A DNA stretch of 59,753 bases, filler included. It is 3 parts of 3 records of this genome, joined end to end, with 100 filler letters (N's around TTAATTAATTAA, not from the genome) between each part and the next. Parts side by side here need not be neighbours in the genome. Positions count along the whole stretch, not along the records: positions 37,373 to 59,753 come from SRR31156797_3003; 2 more parts are not named here. One strand, 5' to 3'. Both the position numbers and the translations under genes were made by a program. How positions within the stretch are numbered: the stretch's first letter is position 1; each line of letters begins with the position of its first letter. Of the stretch, positions 48,991 through 58,966 are shown one piece after another. The notes under the pieces are model-generated. The model had not been told where the DNA came from. It saw only the letters and a program-made list of their open reading frames with translations, and did no database searches.

Positions 48991-51006
48991 ATGAGAAAAC
49001 TAATCTTATTTATTGCACTATTTGCCTTTGGTTTTTATACAATGGCACAGGAAAGGTTTACTCCCTTTGCTCATCACTTAACGAAAGTTGAAGGTAAATT
49101 TCAAATTCCTCAAAAAGTATATGGCAAAGTATTATCAGATACACTTTGGTATGAAGATTTTGATAGTTTAACTTTTGCTACAACCAGTGACTCATTTATA
49201 CCAGCGGCACAAAATTTTCCGACAGGTTGGTCTTCTGTTGATGTTAGCTGTGCCTGGAATCAAAATTGGAGATGGGATAATCGTGGGCCTCGTGGTATTT
49301 TTACCAGCCCAGGAGATGATTGCCACGAGCCACTCATGGGAGTAATGAATTCACCTACGAAAGAGAACGGTTGGATGACTTTAGAAGCGGGTTATTTTCA
49401 TATGGCAGCTGATTGCAGTGAATACTTTATGGACTGTATGGATACTTACCTGGAATTTAATGGAGGAATTGATTTTTCAGAGATGTCTGTCATTCATCTA
49501 TCCTATTACCAGTGGTCGAGATTTTGTTGTGGCTATGGATCAGATTCTGATGCCTGGTTTGCAGTTTCAGTGGATGAAGGTGCTACATGGAATCGAATTT
49601 CTGTCCATCAAAATGTGATTAATGCACAGTTTTTAGATAATGTAGAAATTGATATTTCTTCATTAGTTGCCGGAGAGTCTAATGTCTGGTTTAGATTCCA
49701 TTTAGAGGGGCTTTCTCATTATCATTGGGAAATTGACGATGTTGTATTCGGTATCCCTGTAGAGAATGATATTCGAATCTTAGATTACTGGAATGATTAT
49801 ATGGTATACAATAATGAAATAGAATCAACCAATGATTTCAAAGAAGGATTTTATGCCTACCCCTGGTTTTTGATTCAGCCGTTTAAAGGATTTCATGCGG
49901 TTTTGAATAATTTCGGAATAGAAATCCAAAATAACGTGGTGCACAATGTTGAAATTGAACGAAATAATTGGGTTGAAGACTATTTTAATTCAGAAGGTAT
50001 CGAAAGCTTTCTTCCAGATATGATAGACACTTCAAACATTGCAGCCAATTGGATGCCCGAAAATAAAGGTCTATACACATTCAAACATTATATTGATGCT
50101 AATCAAGAAGAATTATACACACAAAATGATACTTTATATAGCTCGCTGCTAATTACAGACAGTGTTTTAAGTGTTATTAACTTTGACTCAATTAACAACA
50201 ATATTAGCCCTCACCATTTCACATCACAATTTGAGTCAGGTGGTGGTTTAGGTTTCTTAGTTAATATTCCTGACCCTGAATTGCATAGCGAAAATGAGAA
50301 TAGTTTTTTTATATTAAATGGGATTACGTTTTACCTTGATGGTACTTCATTGCCTGAAGAAATTGAATTTCTTGAACTTGGCAGCGCAAAAGCGATTGCT
50401 AGATTTCACAAATTTGACACTATCGAGAATTCTCTCGAATTAATAATAGAAAGTTCTGAGCATGAACTAACTATTGAAGATACAATGTCAAATATTTATG
50501 TTCCTTTCAATAAAAACAATGAAAATGAATTTCTAAATGAAGGGGGGCTTTATATTGTTTCCTTGCATTTCATAGGGGAATATATGGAAAACTTATGTTG
50601 CTATTATACTTGGACAATTGGGGAATATTATAAAGATATTGACAAATATTCCCAAGAGATGTGTATAAGTTTTGATTATCAGCTAATTACACCAGATGAC
50701 TTCACCTTTGTAAATAACAAACCCGCGATCGCATTATCTATCTCATATTCTGAACCATACGTTGGATCAGAAGATAATATAGAAAGGAATTTCAGTATTT
50801 ATCCTAATCCATCTGGGGGGTTAATTACAATTGAAACAAACGAAAAATCAGAAATTAGTATTCAAAACATGTCCGGACAAACTTGCTTCACTGCTAAAAT
50901 AAAAAGCACCCAACAAATTAATGTATCACATTTACCCCAAGGTGTTTATGTAGTCAATATAAATTCGAAAAATCAAAAAACTTCAGAAATTCTAGTTCTT
51001 CAATAA
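48991..51006 (+). CDS. Type IX secretion (T9SS) cargo protein with type A CTD
   Basis: Signal peptide; C-terminal IYPNP....I.I......I....GQ......I.+S.L..GVY.V. Confidence 0.88.
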   Translation: MRKLILFIALFAFGFYTMAQERFTPFAHHLTKVEGKFQIPQKVYGKVLSDTLWYEDFDSLTFATTSDSFIPAAQNFPTGWSSVDVSCAWNQNWRWDNRGPRGIFTSPGDDCHEPLMGVMNSPTKENGWMTLEAGYFHMAADCSEYFMDCMDTYLEFNGGIDFSEMSVIHLSYYQWSRFCCGYGSDSDAWFAVSVDEGATWNRISVHQNVINAQFLDNVEIDISSLVAGESNVWFRFHLEGLSHYHWEIDDVVFGIPVENDIRILDYWNDYMVYNNEIESTNDFKEGFYAYPWFLIQPFKGFHAVLNNFGIEIQNNVVHNVEIERNNWVEDYFNSEGIESFLPDMIDTSNIAANWMPENKGLYTFKHYIDANQEELYTQNDTLYSSLLITDSVLSVINFDSINNNISPHHFTSQFESGGGLGFLVNIPDPELHSENENSFFILNGITFYLDGTSLPEEIEFLELGSAKAIARFHKFDTIENSLELIIESSEHELTIEDTMSNIYVPFNKNNENEFLNEGGLYIVSLHFIGEYMENLCCYYTWTIGEYYKDIDKYSQEMCISFDYQLITPDDFTFVNNKPAIALSISYSEPYVGSEDNIERNFSIYPNPSGGLITIETNEKSEISIQNMSGQTCFTAKIKSTQQINVSHLPQGVYVVNINSKNQKTSEILVLQ

Positions 51007-51008
51007 AC

Positions 51009-51043
51009 AAAAAAAGCAGCGTTGAAATTCAACGCTGCTTGTT
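51009..51043. terminator. Bidirectional intrinsic terminator
   Basis: AAGCAGCGTTGAA-A-TTCAACGCTGCTT between convergent genes, A-tract on the left. Confidence 0.88.
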
Positions 51044-51066
51044 CTATTCTGTTACTTCATGTTTTT

Positions 51067-52215
51067 CTAGTTTCCTCCGCTATTACCGTTTCCATTTCCT
51101 TCTTTGTCTTTATTAAAATCAGGAGACCATACTTTAGATTTAACTTTGTCTTCTTCAGTCAGTCCTTCAAGTACTTCAATATTGATACCATCGCTAATAC
51201 CAACTTTGATGTAACGCTTCTCAAACTGCTGTGGTTGCTCAGTTTCAATTTCCACATAGACTGAATCACCTTCATCTTCAAACTTAATCAGGCTTTCTTT
51301 TATGGCCATAACACTGTCTTTTCTTTCCAAAACAATATCTGCTGTGGCTGAATATCCGGAACGAATAAAATAGTCCTTTTTAAGCTCTACGGCTGCTTTT
51401 ATCTCAAACTTCACAGCACCTTCTTCCTCTTGTCCCTTTGGCGCGATATACTCAAGTTTAGCATCAAATGTTACATCTTCCAAAGCTCCAATGGTAAGGG
51501 TTAATGGCATACCTTCTTTGATTTTACCTACTTCACTTTCATCAATCTTTCCTTCGAAAATCATTTGATTCATGTTAGCTACTAAAGCAATAGTAGTTCC
51601 ATCATTGAATGTATTACTCTCAATTACCGAGTTACCTTCTTCAACCGGGATATCTAGCACCATTCCACTAATTGTACTTTTCACAAGAGTATTTGTTAAA
51701 GAACCTGCTTTAGCAGATACTCCTTCTTTAATAATATTTAGGTTATTCTCAGCAGCATCTAGCTCACTTTCAGCATTTTTCAATGTGATTTCGGCTTGTT
51801 CAAGATCGGCAACAGGAATTACCCCTTTGTCGTACAGTGTTTTCTGACGATCATACTTTCGCTGGGCATCCTTTTGGCTGATTTCTGCTTGTTCAACCCT
51901 TGCTTCAGCAGCATTTAAACTACCCATATCGGGTACAACAGTAACTTTAGCAATTAAATCGCCTTCCTTGAGAATCATTCCTGGTTCTACATAAAGTTTA
52001 GTGATAATACCACTTACGCGTGGTTTAATTTCAATCTCTTTACGAGGAATAATTGTTCCTGTTGCAACAGTTTTATTTTCAATATCTGTAATAAAAGGCT
52101 TCTCTATTTCAAATATTAAATCCTGAGGTTGAGATTTTTGATATAGGAAGAAAATGGTTCCTATAAAAACGATTCCAATGACAAGGTAAAAAATTATTCG
52201 AAAAAACTTTTTCAT
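51067..52215 (-). CDS. Efflux periplasmic adaptor subunit (MacA/HlyD-like)
   Basis: N-terminal TM, lipoyl halves (SGII..L.V..G; SG.V....VEEG..V), coiled hairpin, G+SDG...E+..GL. Confidence 0.9.
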   Translation of the reverse strand: MKKFFRIIFYLVIGIVFIGTIFFLYQKSQPQDLIFEIEKPFITDIENKTVATGTIIPRKEIEIKPRVSGIITKLYVEPGMILKEGDLIAKVTVVPDMGSLNAAEARVEQAEISQKDAQRKYDRQKTLYDKGVIPVADLEQAEITLKNAESELDAAENNLNIIKEGVSAKAGSLTNTLVKSTISGMVLDIPVEEGNSVIESNTFNDGTTIALVANMNQMIFEGKIDESEVGKIKEGMPLTLTIGALEDVTFDAKLEYIAPKGQEEEGAVKFEIKAAVELKKDYFIRSGYSATADIVLERKDSVMAIKESLIKFEDEGDSVYVEIETEQPQQFEKRYIKVGISDGINIEVLEGLTEEDKVKSKVWSPDFNKDKEGNGNGNSGGN

Positions 52216-52240
52216 GGGTTTATGATTTAAAATGGTTTCT

Positions 52241-53494
52241 TTATTCTGATCTTAATGCTTCTATTGGTTTAACTCTAAGCGCCCTACGTGCCGGTAACAT
52301 ACCTGCAAGAACACCTGAAATTACTAAAATTATCAAAGCGGTTACCGCAACCTGGAAATTAACGTTCGGATTATAAAAGAAATCTGAACCTTCTCCTATT
52401 GCAGCATTTACTAATTCAACCAATCCAACGCCTAATACAAGGCCTGTCCATCCTGCGGAAGCTGTTAGTACAAGTGCTTCAAGTAAAATCTGTGTGATTA
52501 TTTTTATAGGCTTTGCACCAATGGCTCTTCGGATACCTATCTCTTTGGTTCTTTCTCGCACAACCACCAGCATAATATTGGAAACGCCAATAATTCCAGC
52601 CATAAGTGTTCCAATCCCTACAATCCAGATTAATATACTGATACCTAAAAACAGATTTTGTACTTTTTTAAATTCCTCTTCAACATTAAAATGACCTACA
52701 GCCTGATCATCATGCGGTGCAATATTGTGACGCCGTTTTACAACAGCTCTAACTTCTTCTGCCACTTGCTTTACACTAGTATTTTTATTGCTTGTCATTG
52801 CATACCAAAACACTTTATCTCCATAATTGTACAAACGTTGAAGTGTAGTAAACGGTAAGTGCATATTTTGATTTTCGTTTTCAGCTTGCCCTCCTCCCTT
52901 TTTGGATTTGAACACACCAACAACTTTGAAATACACGCCATTAATACGAATAAACTTATTTAAAGGATCCTCACCTTTATCAAACAATATTTCTTTTACG
53001 CGTTTTCCAATGATGGCTACTTTTCGGCGTCTTTGAATGTCCATATCATTAATAAACCTCCCTGAGACTATATCAATGGGGTCTATTTGGTTCCAGGCTG
53101 GATAATCTCCGAAAATACTGAATGAGCCTGAATTATCTTTATAGACAGCATTTGTGGCTCCATCACCGCCAAAACCCTGTATACGAGGAGCTAACTGCTC
53201 AATTCCGGCTACATTATCTAAAATAGCTCGGGTATCAGAATTATTAAAGTTCCAGTTTCGGCCTGCTTCAAATCCTTTGTAAGGCTCGGTGGTTCGTTGC
53301 GTCCACATAAATGCTGAGTTCGTAGAGAAGTCACCCATATTTTTGTAGATGCCGTTCTCAAGTCCTGAACCCGAACCAAGCATAACTGTAAGCATAAATA
53401 TACCCCAAAGCACTCCAAATGCCGTTAAGGCGGTCCTTAATTTATTGCTTCGTAATGTATGTATTATTTCCTGCCAACGATCTTTGTCAAACAT
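52241..53494 (-). CDS. ABC transporter permease (MacB/FtsX family)
   Basis: N+LR..LT..G..WG, GRF, GVSNIML..VRERTKEIGIRRAIGA, PA.RA....PIEALR. Confidence 0.93.
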   Translation of the reverse strand: MFDKDRWQEIIHTLRSNKLRTALTAFGVLWGIFMLTVMLGSGSGLENGIYKNMGDFSTNSAFMWTQRTTEPYKGFEAGRNWNFNNSDTRAILDNVAGIEQLAPRIQGFGGDGATNAVYKDNSGSFSIFGDYPAWNQIDPIDIVSGRFINDMDIQRRRKVAIIGKRVKEILFDKGEDPLNKFIRINGVYFKVVGVFKSKKGGGQAENENQNMHLPFTTLQRLYNYGDKVFWYAMTSNKNTSVKQVAEEVRAVVKRRHNIAPHDDQAVGHFNVEEEFKKVQNLFLGISILIWIVGIGTLMAGIIGVSNIMLVVVRERTKEIGIRRAIGAKPIKIITQILLEALVLTASAGWTGLVLGVGLVELVNAAIGEGSDFFYNPNVNFQVAVTALIILVISGVLAGMLPARRALRVKPIEALRSE

Positions 53495-53505
53495 TATTCA
53501 TGGTT

Positions 53506-54738
53506 TTATTCATCGCGCAATGCGACAATGGGTTTAATTCGGGCAGCTTTTCTGGCGGGTATTAAGCCTGCAATGGCACCACTAACAATTAATAGTATAG
53601 TTGCACTTACAGCTACAGAAAAGTCAGCCTCAGGGTTTCTAAAAAAATCTGAATTTGGAATATTTGCTGAAATTAGCTCAAGCAATCCAACACCAAGCAC
53701 CAAACCAAAATATCCGGCAAAAGTTGTTATGGTAATTGCTTCCAATAAAACCAGGTTGATAACCGACCATGGCGTTGCACCGATGGCTTTTCTTACCCCA
53801 ATCTCTTTGGTGCGTTCTTTCACGACAATTAGCATAATATTACTAACACCAACAATTCCTGCAATAATGGTTCCTATCCCGATAATCCAAACAAATATGT
53901 TTATTCCGGTAAAAACGCTCCGGATTTCTTTAGCATTTTCAAAATTATTGTTGATATACATGGCACGATCATCTTCAGGGTCAAAATGATGACGTTTAGC
54001 AAATTGTTTTCTCAAATCTTTCTCTATTTGAATACTCTGCGCTACTGAAATGTCCTCTGCTGTAAATGCTAAATTGTTGATACGGTTTTGTAGACCAAAA
54101 GCTTTCTGAGCAGTTGATATAGGAATATAAATCCGTTCGTTGTCTCTGTCATTTTGATCTCTGAAAACCCCAACGACTTTTAAGGGAACATCGCCAAAGC
54201 GAATATATTTACCCATCGGGTCTTCGTCTTCAAAAAGCGCTTCTGCTGCCTTATAGGATATCGAAGTAACTTTTCTAAATTCCTTTATATCAAACTCATT
54301 GATGAATCTTCCTTCATCAAAACTCAATTGCTCCAGGTCAAAAGTTCCAGGATGAACACCCAACACACGGTACCCTACATGATTATCTTTATAGGACAAA
54401 TCATAATTTCCCCACACACCCAGCCTTGCAGAACTATTAATAACTAAATCTTTATTGAGATGGTTGGTTTCATCATAATCTTTATTAGTAAAGTTAATAT
54501 ACCTACCAGGCTGATATCCTTCAAATGCAACACTTGTTTTGCCATTATAAATCCAAAAACTATTGACTGCATCTGCCTCAAAATTATGCTGAACGGCGTT
54601 TGATAATCCTTTACCTGAACCAAGTAGAATTATTAGCATAAAAATACCCCATGCCACACTAAATGCCGTTAGAAATGTACGCAGTTTATTTTTCTTAATG
54701 GTAGAAAAAATCTCCTGCCATTTGTCTAAATCAAACAT
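53506..54738 (-). CDS. ABC transporter permease (MacB/FtsX family)
   Basis: Paralog of the adjacent permease: GVSNIML..VKERTKEIGVRKAIGA. Confidence 0.93.
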   Translation of the reverse strand: MFDLDKWQEIFSTIKKNKLRTFLTAFSVAWGIFMLIILLGSGKGLSNAVQHNFEADAVNSFWIYNGKTSVAFEGYQPGRYINFTNKDYDETNHLNKDLVINSSARLGVWGNYDLSYKDNHVGYRVLGVHPGTFDLEQLSFDEGRFINEFDIKEFRKVTSISYKAAEALFEDEDPMGKYIRFGDVPLKVVGVFRDQNDRDNERIYIPISTAQKAFGLQNRINNLAFTAEDISVAQSIQIEKDLRKQFAKRHHFDPEDDRAMYINNNFENAKEIRSVFTGINIFVWIIGIGTIIAGIVGVSNIMLIVVKERTKEIGVRKAIGATPWSVINLVLLEAITITTFAGYFGLVLGVGLLELISANIPNSDFFRNPEADFSVAVSATILLIVSGAIAGLIPARKAARIKPIVALRDE

Positions 54739-55426
54739 AAGAGGTAGTTTTTTCGGCTTCTTCTGGTTGCATTATCTGACCATCCTTCAAATTAATAACA
54801 CGGTCAGTCATTTCAGCTATATCATGTTCGTGTGTTACGATAATAACTGAAATACCACTTGCATTGATGTCCTTCAAAATCTCCATAACATCAAAAGATG
54901 TTTTAGAATCTAAAGCACCTGTTGGCTCATCAGCCAGAATAACCTTTGGATTTGTTACTAAAGCCCTGGCAATAGCCACACGTTGTTTTTGACCTCCACT
55001 TAATTCACTTGGCAAGTGATGGGCCCAATCTTTCAATCCAACTTTATCAAGGTATTCCAAAGCAATACGGTTCCGTTTTTTTCGACTTACGCCCTGATAA
55101 TAAAGTGGAAGGGCTACATTCTCCTGAGCATTTTTAAAAGATATCAGATTGAATGACTGAAAGACAAATCCAAAATACTTATTTCGGTAGATAGCAGCTT
55201 TCGTTTCATTGAGATCTTTAATTAAGAGGTCGTCAAGATAATATGATCCTTGATCATAATTATCAAGCAAACCAAGAATATTCAGAAGAGTAGATTTTCC
55301 TGAACCGGAAGATCCCATTATTGAAACAAGTTCTCCATCATTAATGGTAAAGTCTAAACCTTTGAGCACATGCAAGCTGTTAACGCCCATCTGGTAAGAC
55401 TTGTGCAGATTTTCAATTTTAATCAT
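54731..55426 (-). CDS. ABC transporter ATP-binding protein (LolD/MacB type)
   Basis: GSSGSGKST, GFVFQSFNL, LSGGQKQR, LADEPTGALD, VTHE. Confidence 0.95.
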   Translation of the reverse strand: MIKIENLHKSYQMGVNSLHVLKGLDFTINDGELVSIMGSSGSGKSTLLNILGLLDNYDQGSYYLDDLLIKDLNETKAAIYRNKYFGFVFQSFNLISFKNAQENVALPLYYQGVSRKKRNRIALEYLDKVGLKDWAHHLPSELSGGQKQRVAIARALVTNPKVILADEPTGALDSKTSFDVMEILKDINASGISVIIVTHEHDIAEMTDRVINLKDGQIMQPEEAEKTTSYV

Positions 55427-55584
55427 TTTCCCGGGTTTTTAATACTTCGTTTTAAATTTAATGGTTTTGGGTTTTATTGAATATACGCTAGAAAGACGTA
55501 TTTCAAACGCTAAAGTTACAAATAAAATTGTATTTTAATTAATCTCAATTGTTAACAATCCGTAAACGTCTCGATTAAATAGCA

Positions 55585-57342
55585 TTAGTCATCGGTAATT
55601 TTTACTAATATTTCTCTATACCGACTGAATAGTTTGGAACGTGATACCATTCCAACGTACTTACCATCATTTACTACAGGTAAGTTCCATGCTTTTGATT
55701 TATTAAACTTCTTAACTATTTGTCCCATCTTTTCTTCTTCTTCTATTACTTCCGGAGGAGTAGACATTAAATGCCATACAGGCATTGTATAAGCATCTTG
55801 CTTAAACATAATTTTGCGAACTTTATCTAAATGAATTAATCCAATGAGGTTTTCGTTTTCGTCTACCACAGGAAAAATATTGCGATGAGAATTTGCAATA
55901 ATTTCGACCAAATCGCCCAATGATTTTGATATTAGAATAGTTTGAAAATCGCGTTCAATTATTTGCTTCTTATCGAGAAAATGAAGTACCGCCTTATCTT
56001 TGTGATGCGTTATCAACTCACCCTTTCTGGCCAACTGGTAAGTTATAATTGAATCGGGAGAAAGTTTTTTAGCTGTTATATAAGAAATAGTCGTTGTAAG
56101 CATTAATGGAACGATAAGCTCATATCCCCGTGTAATTTCTGCAATTAGAAAAATGGCCGTTAATGGGGCATGCAATACTCCACCAAGTACAGATGCCATT
56201 CCAACGAGGGTAAAGTTACTTGTTGACAATTCCAAAAATCCGACCTGGTTTAAAATAAATGCGAAAAGAAATCCTGTAACTGCACCAGTGAACAATGAGG
56301 GAGCAAAAATTCCTCCTATACCTCCTCCCCTAATGGTGCTTATTGTGGCAATTACTTTAACAAGGATTAACATTAACAAAAAGGCTATTAAACCATAAAC
56401 ATTTAAGGTTATTCCCAAAAAGTTTTCATTGGCAATTTCAGCTAAATTATCTGACAGTAAAAGCTTTATAGTTCTAAAACCCTCACCCCAGATTGGAGGA
56501 AATAATGTAATTATAACTCCAATGAGTAGCGCACCCATGAGCGTTTGAAAAACTTTTCTTTTTATTTTATCAAATTGAATTTCAAAATATAAAAAGGTAC
56601 GTGTAAAATAAGTGCTAACAAGTCCACCGAATACAGCCAACATTAAATACCAGGGTAATTGTGATAACTCAAATTGATGTAATACTTCAAACTGCAACAA
56701 TATATCATTGGGATAAAAAGCCCATGTGGTAAGTGCTCCTGTTACAGAGGCGATGAGCAATGGTATAAGTGAAAAACGATTCAAATCAAGCAATAATACC
56801 TCGAAAGAAAATATAATACCTGCAATTGGTGTATTAAATATTGCCGCAATAGCGCCAGAGGCGCCACAAGCAAGCAAAAGCGTTACTTCTTTATAACGCA
56901 TATTGAAAGTCCTCGCCAGGTTACTTCCAATACTTGCTCCAGAATTAATAATTGGCGACTCTAATCCAATAGAACCTCCCAGTCCTGCAGTTATTGTTGC
57001 ACCAATAACAGATGAATAAACTTTATGAGCAGGGACATTACTTGATTGCTTCGAAATTGCATACAATAAACTTGTAATATTATGCCGTGTCTGATCCCTA
57101 AAAACAAATGATCTAAGCATAGAAACAAACAATATTCCTGAAACCGGATAAACAAACAAAAGGTACGTGTAATTTTTTTGCCAAACTATATTTGTTAAAT
57201 GATGCTGAATTTCAAAAACAGCAGTTTTTAGAAAAAGAGCTGTTAAACCTGCACCAATGCCAGCAATTGCACTCAAAATATAGATAAAAGTGCGCGTTCT
57301 TCTTTTTTCTGCGAGTATGCGTTTTACACTTATTCTGGTCAA
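55585..57342 (-). CDS. ClC-family chloride channel/transporter with two CBS domains
   Basis: GGSIGLESP, AIFNTPIAG..F..E, GG.GGIFAP, HAPLTA..L..E.T, CBS pair. Confidence 0.92.
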   Translation of the reverse strand: MTRISVKRILAEKRRTRTFIYILSAIAGIGAGLTALFLKTAVFEIQHHLTNIVWQKNYTYLLFVYPVSGILFVSMLRSFVFRDQTRHNITSLLYAISKQSSNVPAHKVYSSVIGATITAGLGGSIGLESPIINSGASIGSNLARTFNMRYKEVTLLLACGASGAIAAIFNTPIAGIIFSFEVLLLDLNRFSLIPLLIASVTGALTTWAFYPNDILLQFEVLHQFELSQLPWYLMLAVFGGLVSTYFTRTFLYFEIQFDKIKRKVFQTLMGALLIGVIITLFPPIWGEGFRTIKLLLSDNLAEIANENFLGITLNVYGLIAFLLMLILVKVIATISTIRGGGIGGIFAPSLFTGAVTGFLFAFILNQVGFLELSTSNFTLVGMASVLGGVLHAPLTAIFLIAEITRGYELIVPLMLTTTISYITAKKLSPDSIITYQLARKGELITHHKDKAVLHFLDKKQIIERDFQTILISKSLGDLVEIIANSHRNIFPVVDENENLIGLIHLDKVRKIMFKQDAYTMPVWHLMSTPPEVIEEEEKMGQIVKKFNKSKAWNLPVVNDGKYVGMVSRSKLFSRYREILVKITDD

Positions 57343-57684
57343 GCTTTCTTCTTTTTGTTTAAATTACAATGAAAAAAACACAACTCCAAAAAAATACAAA
57401 ATACAGAAATAGTTATAATTAAAAATATCATTGTTATAGACATATAGATGAAAATAAATACATGTTTATATACATTAATAATGAACAATTTAAATATAAT
57501 AATATCTGAAATTATATTAATAATTATTGCAATTTAGAACAAAATAAACTTGACTTGTAATTCCTTTTTTCTTAAATTGTATCTGATACGTCTTCAAACC
57601 ACTGTCATATTCTTTATAAAAGAATTTCAGAGAATATGATTTGTAGCGCGCTTTACTAAACTAATCAAACCTGGAGGAAACATC

Positions 57685-58101
57685 ATGATTAATTATTTCT
57701 GTCCTATGTGCAAGGCCCAATTAGTAGTAGAAAACTTTCTGGTGCTTGCAGTTAAAAGTGAACGCAACAAAAAGGGTATTATATTCATGAACCCTGAAGT
57801 TGGCAATTATGACATCAAAATCAATCCGGACTATGAACTGGAAGAAGGTAAGTCATATACATTTTATTGTCCTGCTTGTCATTTCGATCTTACTGACAAA
57901 GCTAAAGATCATATGGTTAGAGTTTTCATGACTGAAGATGATAAAGAATATGAGGTTTATTTTTCTAATATGGCTGGTGTAAAAGCAACTTACCAGATTG
58001 ACCAAAGAGAGAAACGTGCTGTTGCAAAAGGTATAAACAAAGCGATGTACGAAAAATATTTCGAATTAGATGATAAATACAAAGAATATTTAAAAATCTA
58101 A
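57685..58101 (+). CDS. Hypothetical zinc-ribbon protein
   Basis: CPMC and CPAC pairs; clean ORF followed by a terminator. Confidence 0.75.
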   Translation: MINYFCPMCKAQLVVENFLVLAVKSERNKKGIIFMNPEVGNYDIKINPDYELEEGKSYTFYCPACHFDLTDKAKDHMVRVFMTEDDKEYEVYFSNMAGVKATYQIDQREKRAVAKGINKAMYEKYFELDDKYKEYLKI

Positions 58102-58123
58102 ATAGTCGTTTTATTTACTGAGT

Positions 58124-58175
58124 AACGGAGCAGTTTATTATCAATTTTCATTGATGAATAAATCTCCGTTTTTTT
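58124..58175 (+). terminator. Intrinsic terminator (long imperfect stem)
   Basis: AACGGAG...TTTATT.ATCAAT...ATTGAT.AATAAA.CTCCGTTTTTTT. Confidence 0.75.
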
Positions 58176-58191
58176 CATGCAAAATTATTCA

Positions 58192-58216
58192 AATGAGAAT
58201 ATTCTCATTATATTTG
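58192..58216 (+). promoter_or_regulatory. Perfect 18-bp palindromic operator abutting the -7 promoter element
   Basis: AATGAGAATATTCTCATT (58192-58209), TATATTTG (58209-58216), ATG at 58221. Confidence 0.8.
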
Positions 58217-58220
58217 CAAT

Positions 58221-58904
58221 ATGGCTCCCAGAAAAAAAAGATGCAGACATATACTTAAAACACCACAAATGGTGGGGTTTACACCTAAAAGTACAGATAC
58301 AGTTAATACCGAAGTCACTATACTATATGAAGAATACGAAGCTTTACGATTAGCTGATTACGAGGGACTTAAGCATGATGAGGCAGCAAAATTAATGAAT
58401 ATTTCTCGTGCAACATTTGCAAGGATTTATGAAAGTGTTAGAAAAAAAATAGCTCTGGCTTTTGTTGAATCCCGTTCAATTGAATTTAAATCCGGAAACT
58501 CATTCTTTATAGGTGAGTCTCTAAAAAACATAATATTAAATACACCTAACGAAAAAATCAATACAATGAAAAAAGTAATAGCAATACCATCTGAAAATGG
58601 CGTGCTTTCCAATCATTTTGGACATGCTTCCGAATTTGCTTTTATAGAATGTGAAGAAACCGAAATTAAATCTGTTTCCATGAAAGCGGCTCCACCTCAT
58701 CAACCCGGACTATTACCTAAATGGGTAGCCGAGCAAGGTGGTAGTGTAGTAATCGCTGGTGGAATGGGACATAAAGCCATCGATATATTCCAACAAAACG
58801 GGATTGATGTAGTGACAGGAGCAGATGCTTTACCGGTTGAAGAACTTGCCAAACAATTTATTGAAGGAAGCCTAACTGGTGGCGGAAATAAATGTGATCA
58901 TTAA
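58221..58904 (+). CDS. DUF134 HTH protein fused to a NifB/NifX-like domain
   Basis: EEYEALRLADYEGL....AA..M.ISR.TF.RI...R.K.A (DUF134); IAIP......HFG...F...PPH.PG..P.W+......VIAGGMG.KA...CDH (NifX-like). Confidence 0.88.
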   Translation: MAPRKKRCRHILKTPQMVGFTPKSTDTVNTEVTILYEEYEALRLADYEGLKHDEAAKLMNISRATFARIYESVRKKIALAFVESRSIEFKSGNSFFIGESLKNIILNTPNEKINTMKKVIAIPSENGVLSNHFGHASEFAFIECEETEIKSVSMKAAPPHQPGLLPKWVAEQGGSVVIAGGMGHKAIDIFQQNGIDVVTGADALPVEELAKQFIEGSLTGGGNKCDH

Positions 58905-58921
58905 AAAAACTAAGATAGTTC

Positions 58922-58953
58922 ATGGACGGTATATTACTTTACCGTCCATTTTT
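58922..58953. terminator. Intrinsic terminator between convergent genes
   Basis: ATGGACGGTA-TATTACTT-TACCGTCCATTTTT. Confidence 0.85.
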
Positions 58954-58966
58954 ATATATGAGCCCC

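Noticed and set aside
51067..55426. MacAB-type ABC operon lacking TolC as a novel system
   Set aside because: Common Bacteroidota architecture; TolC is often encoded elsewhere
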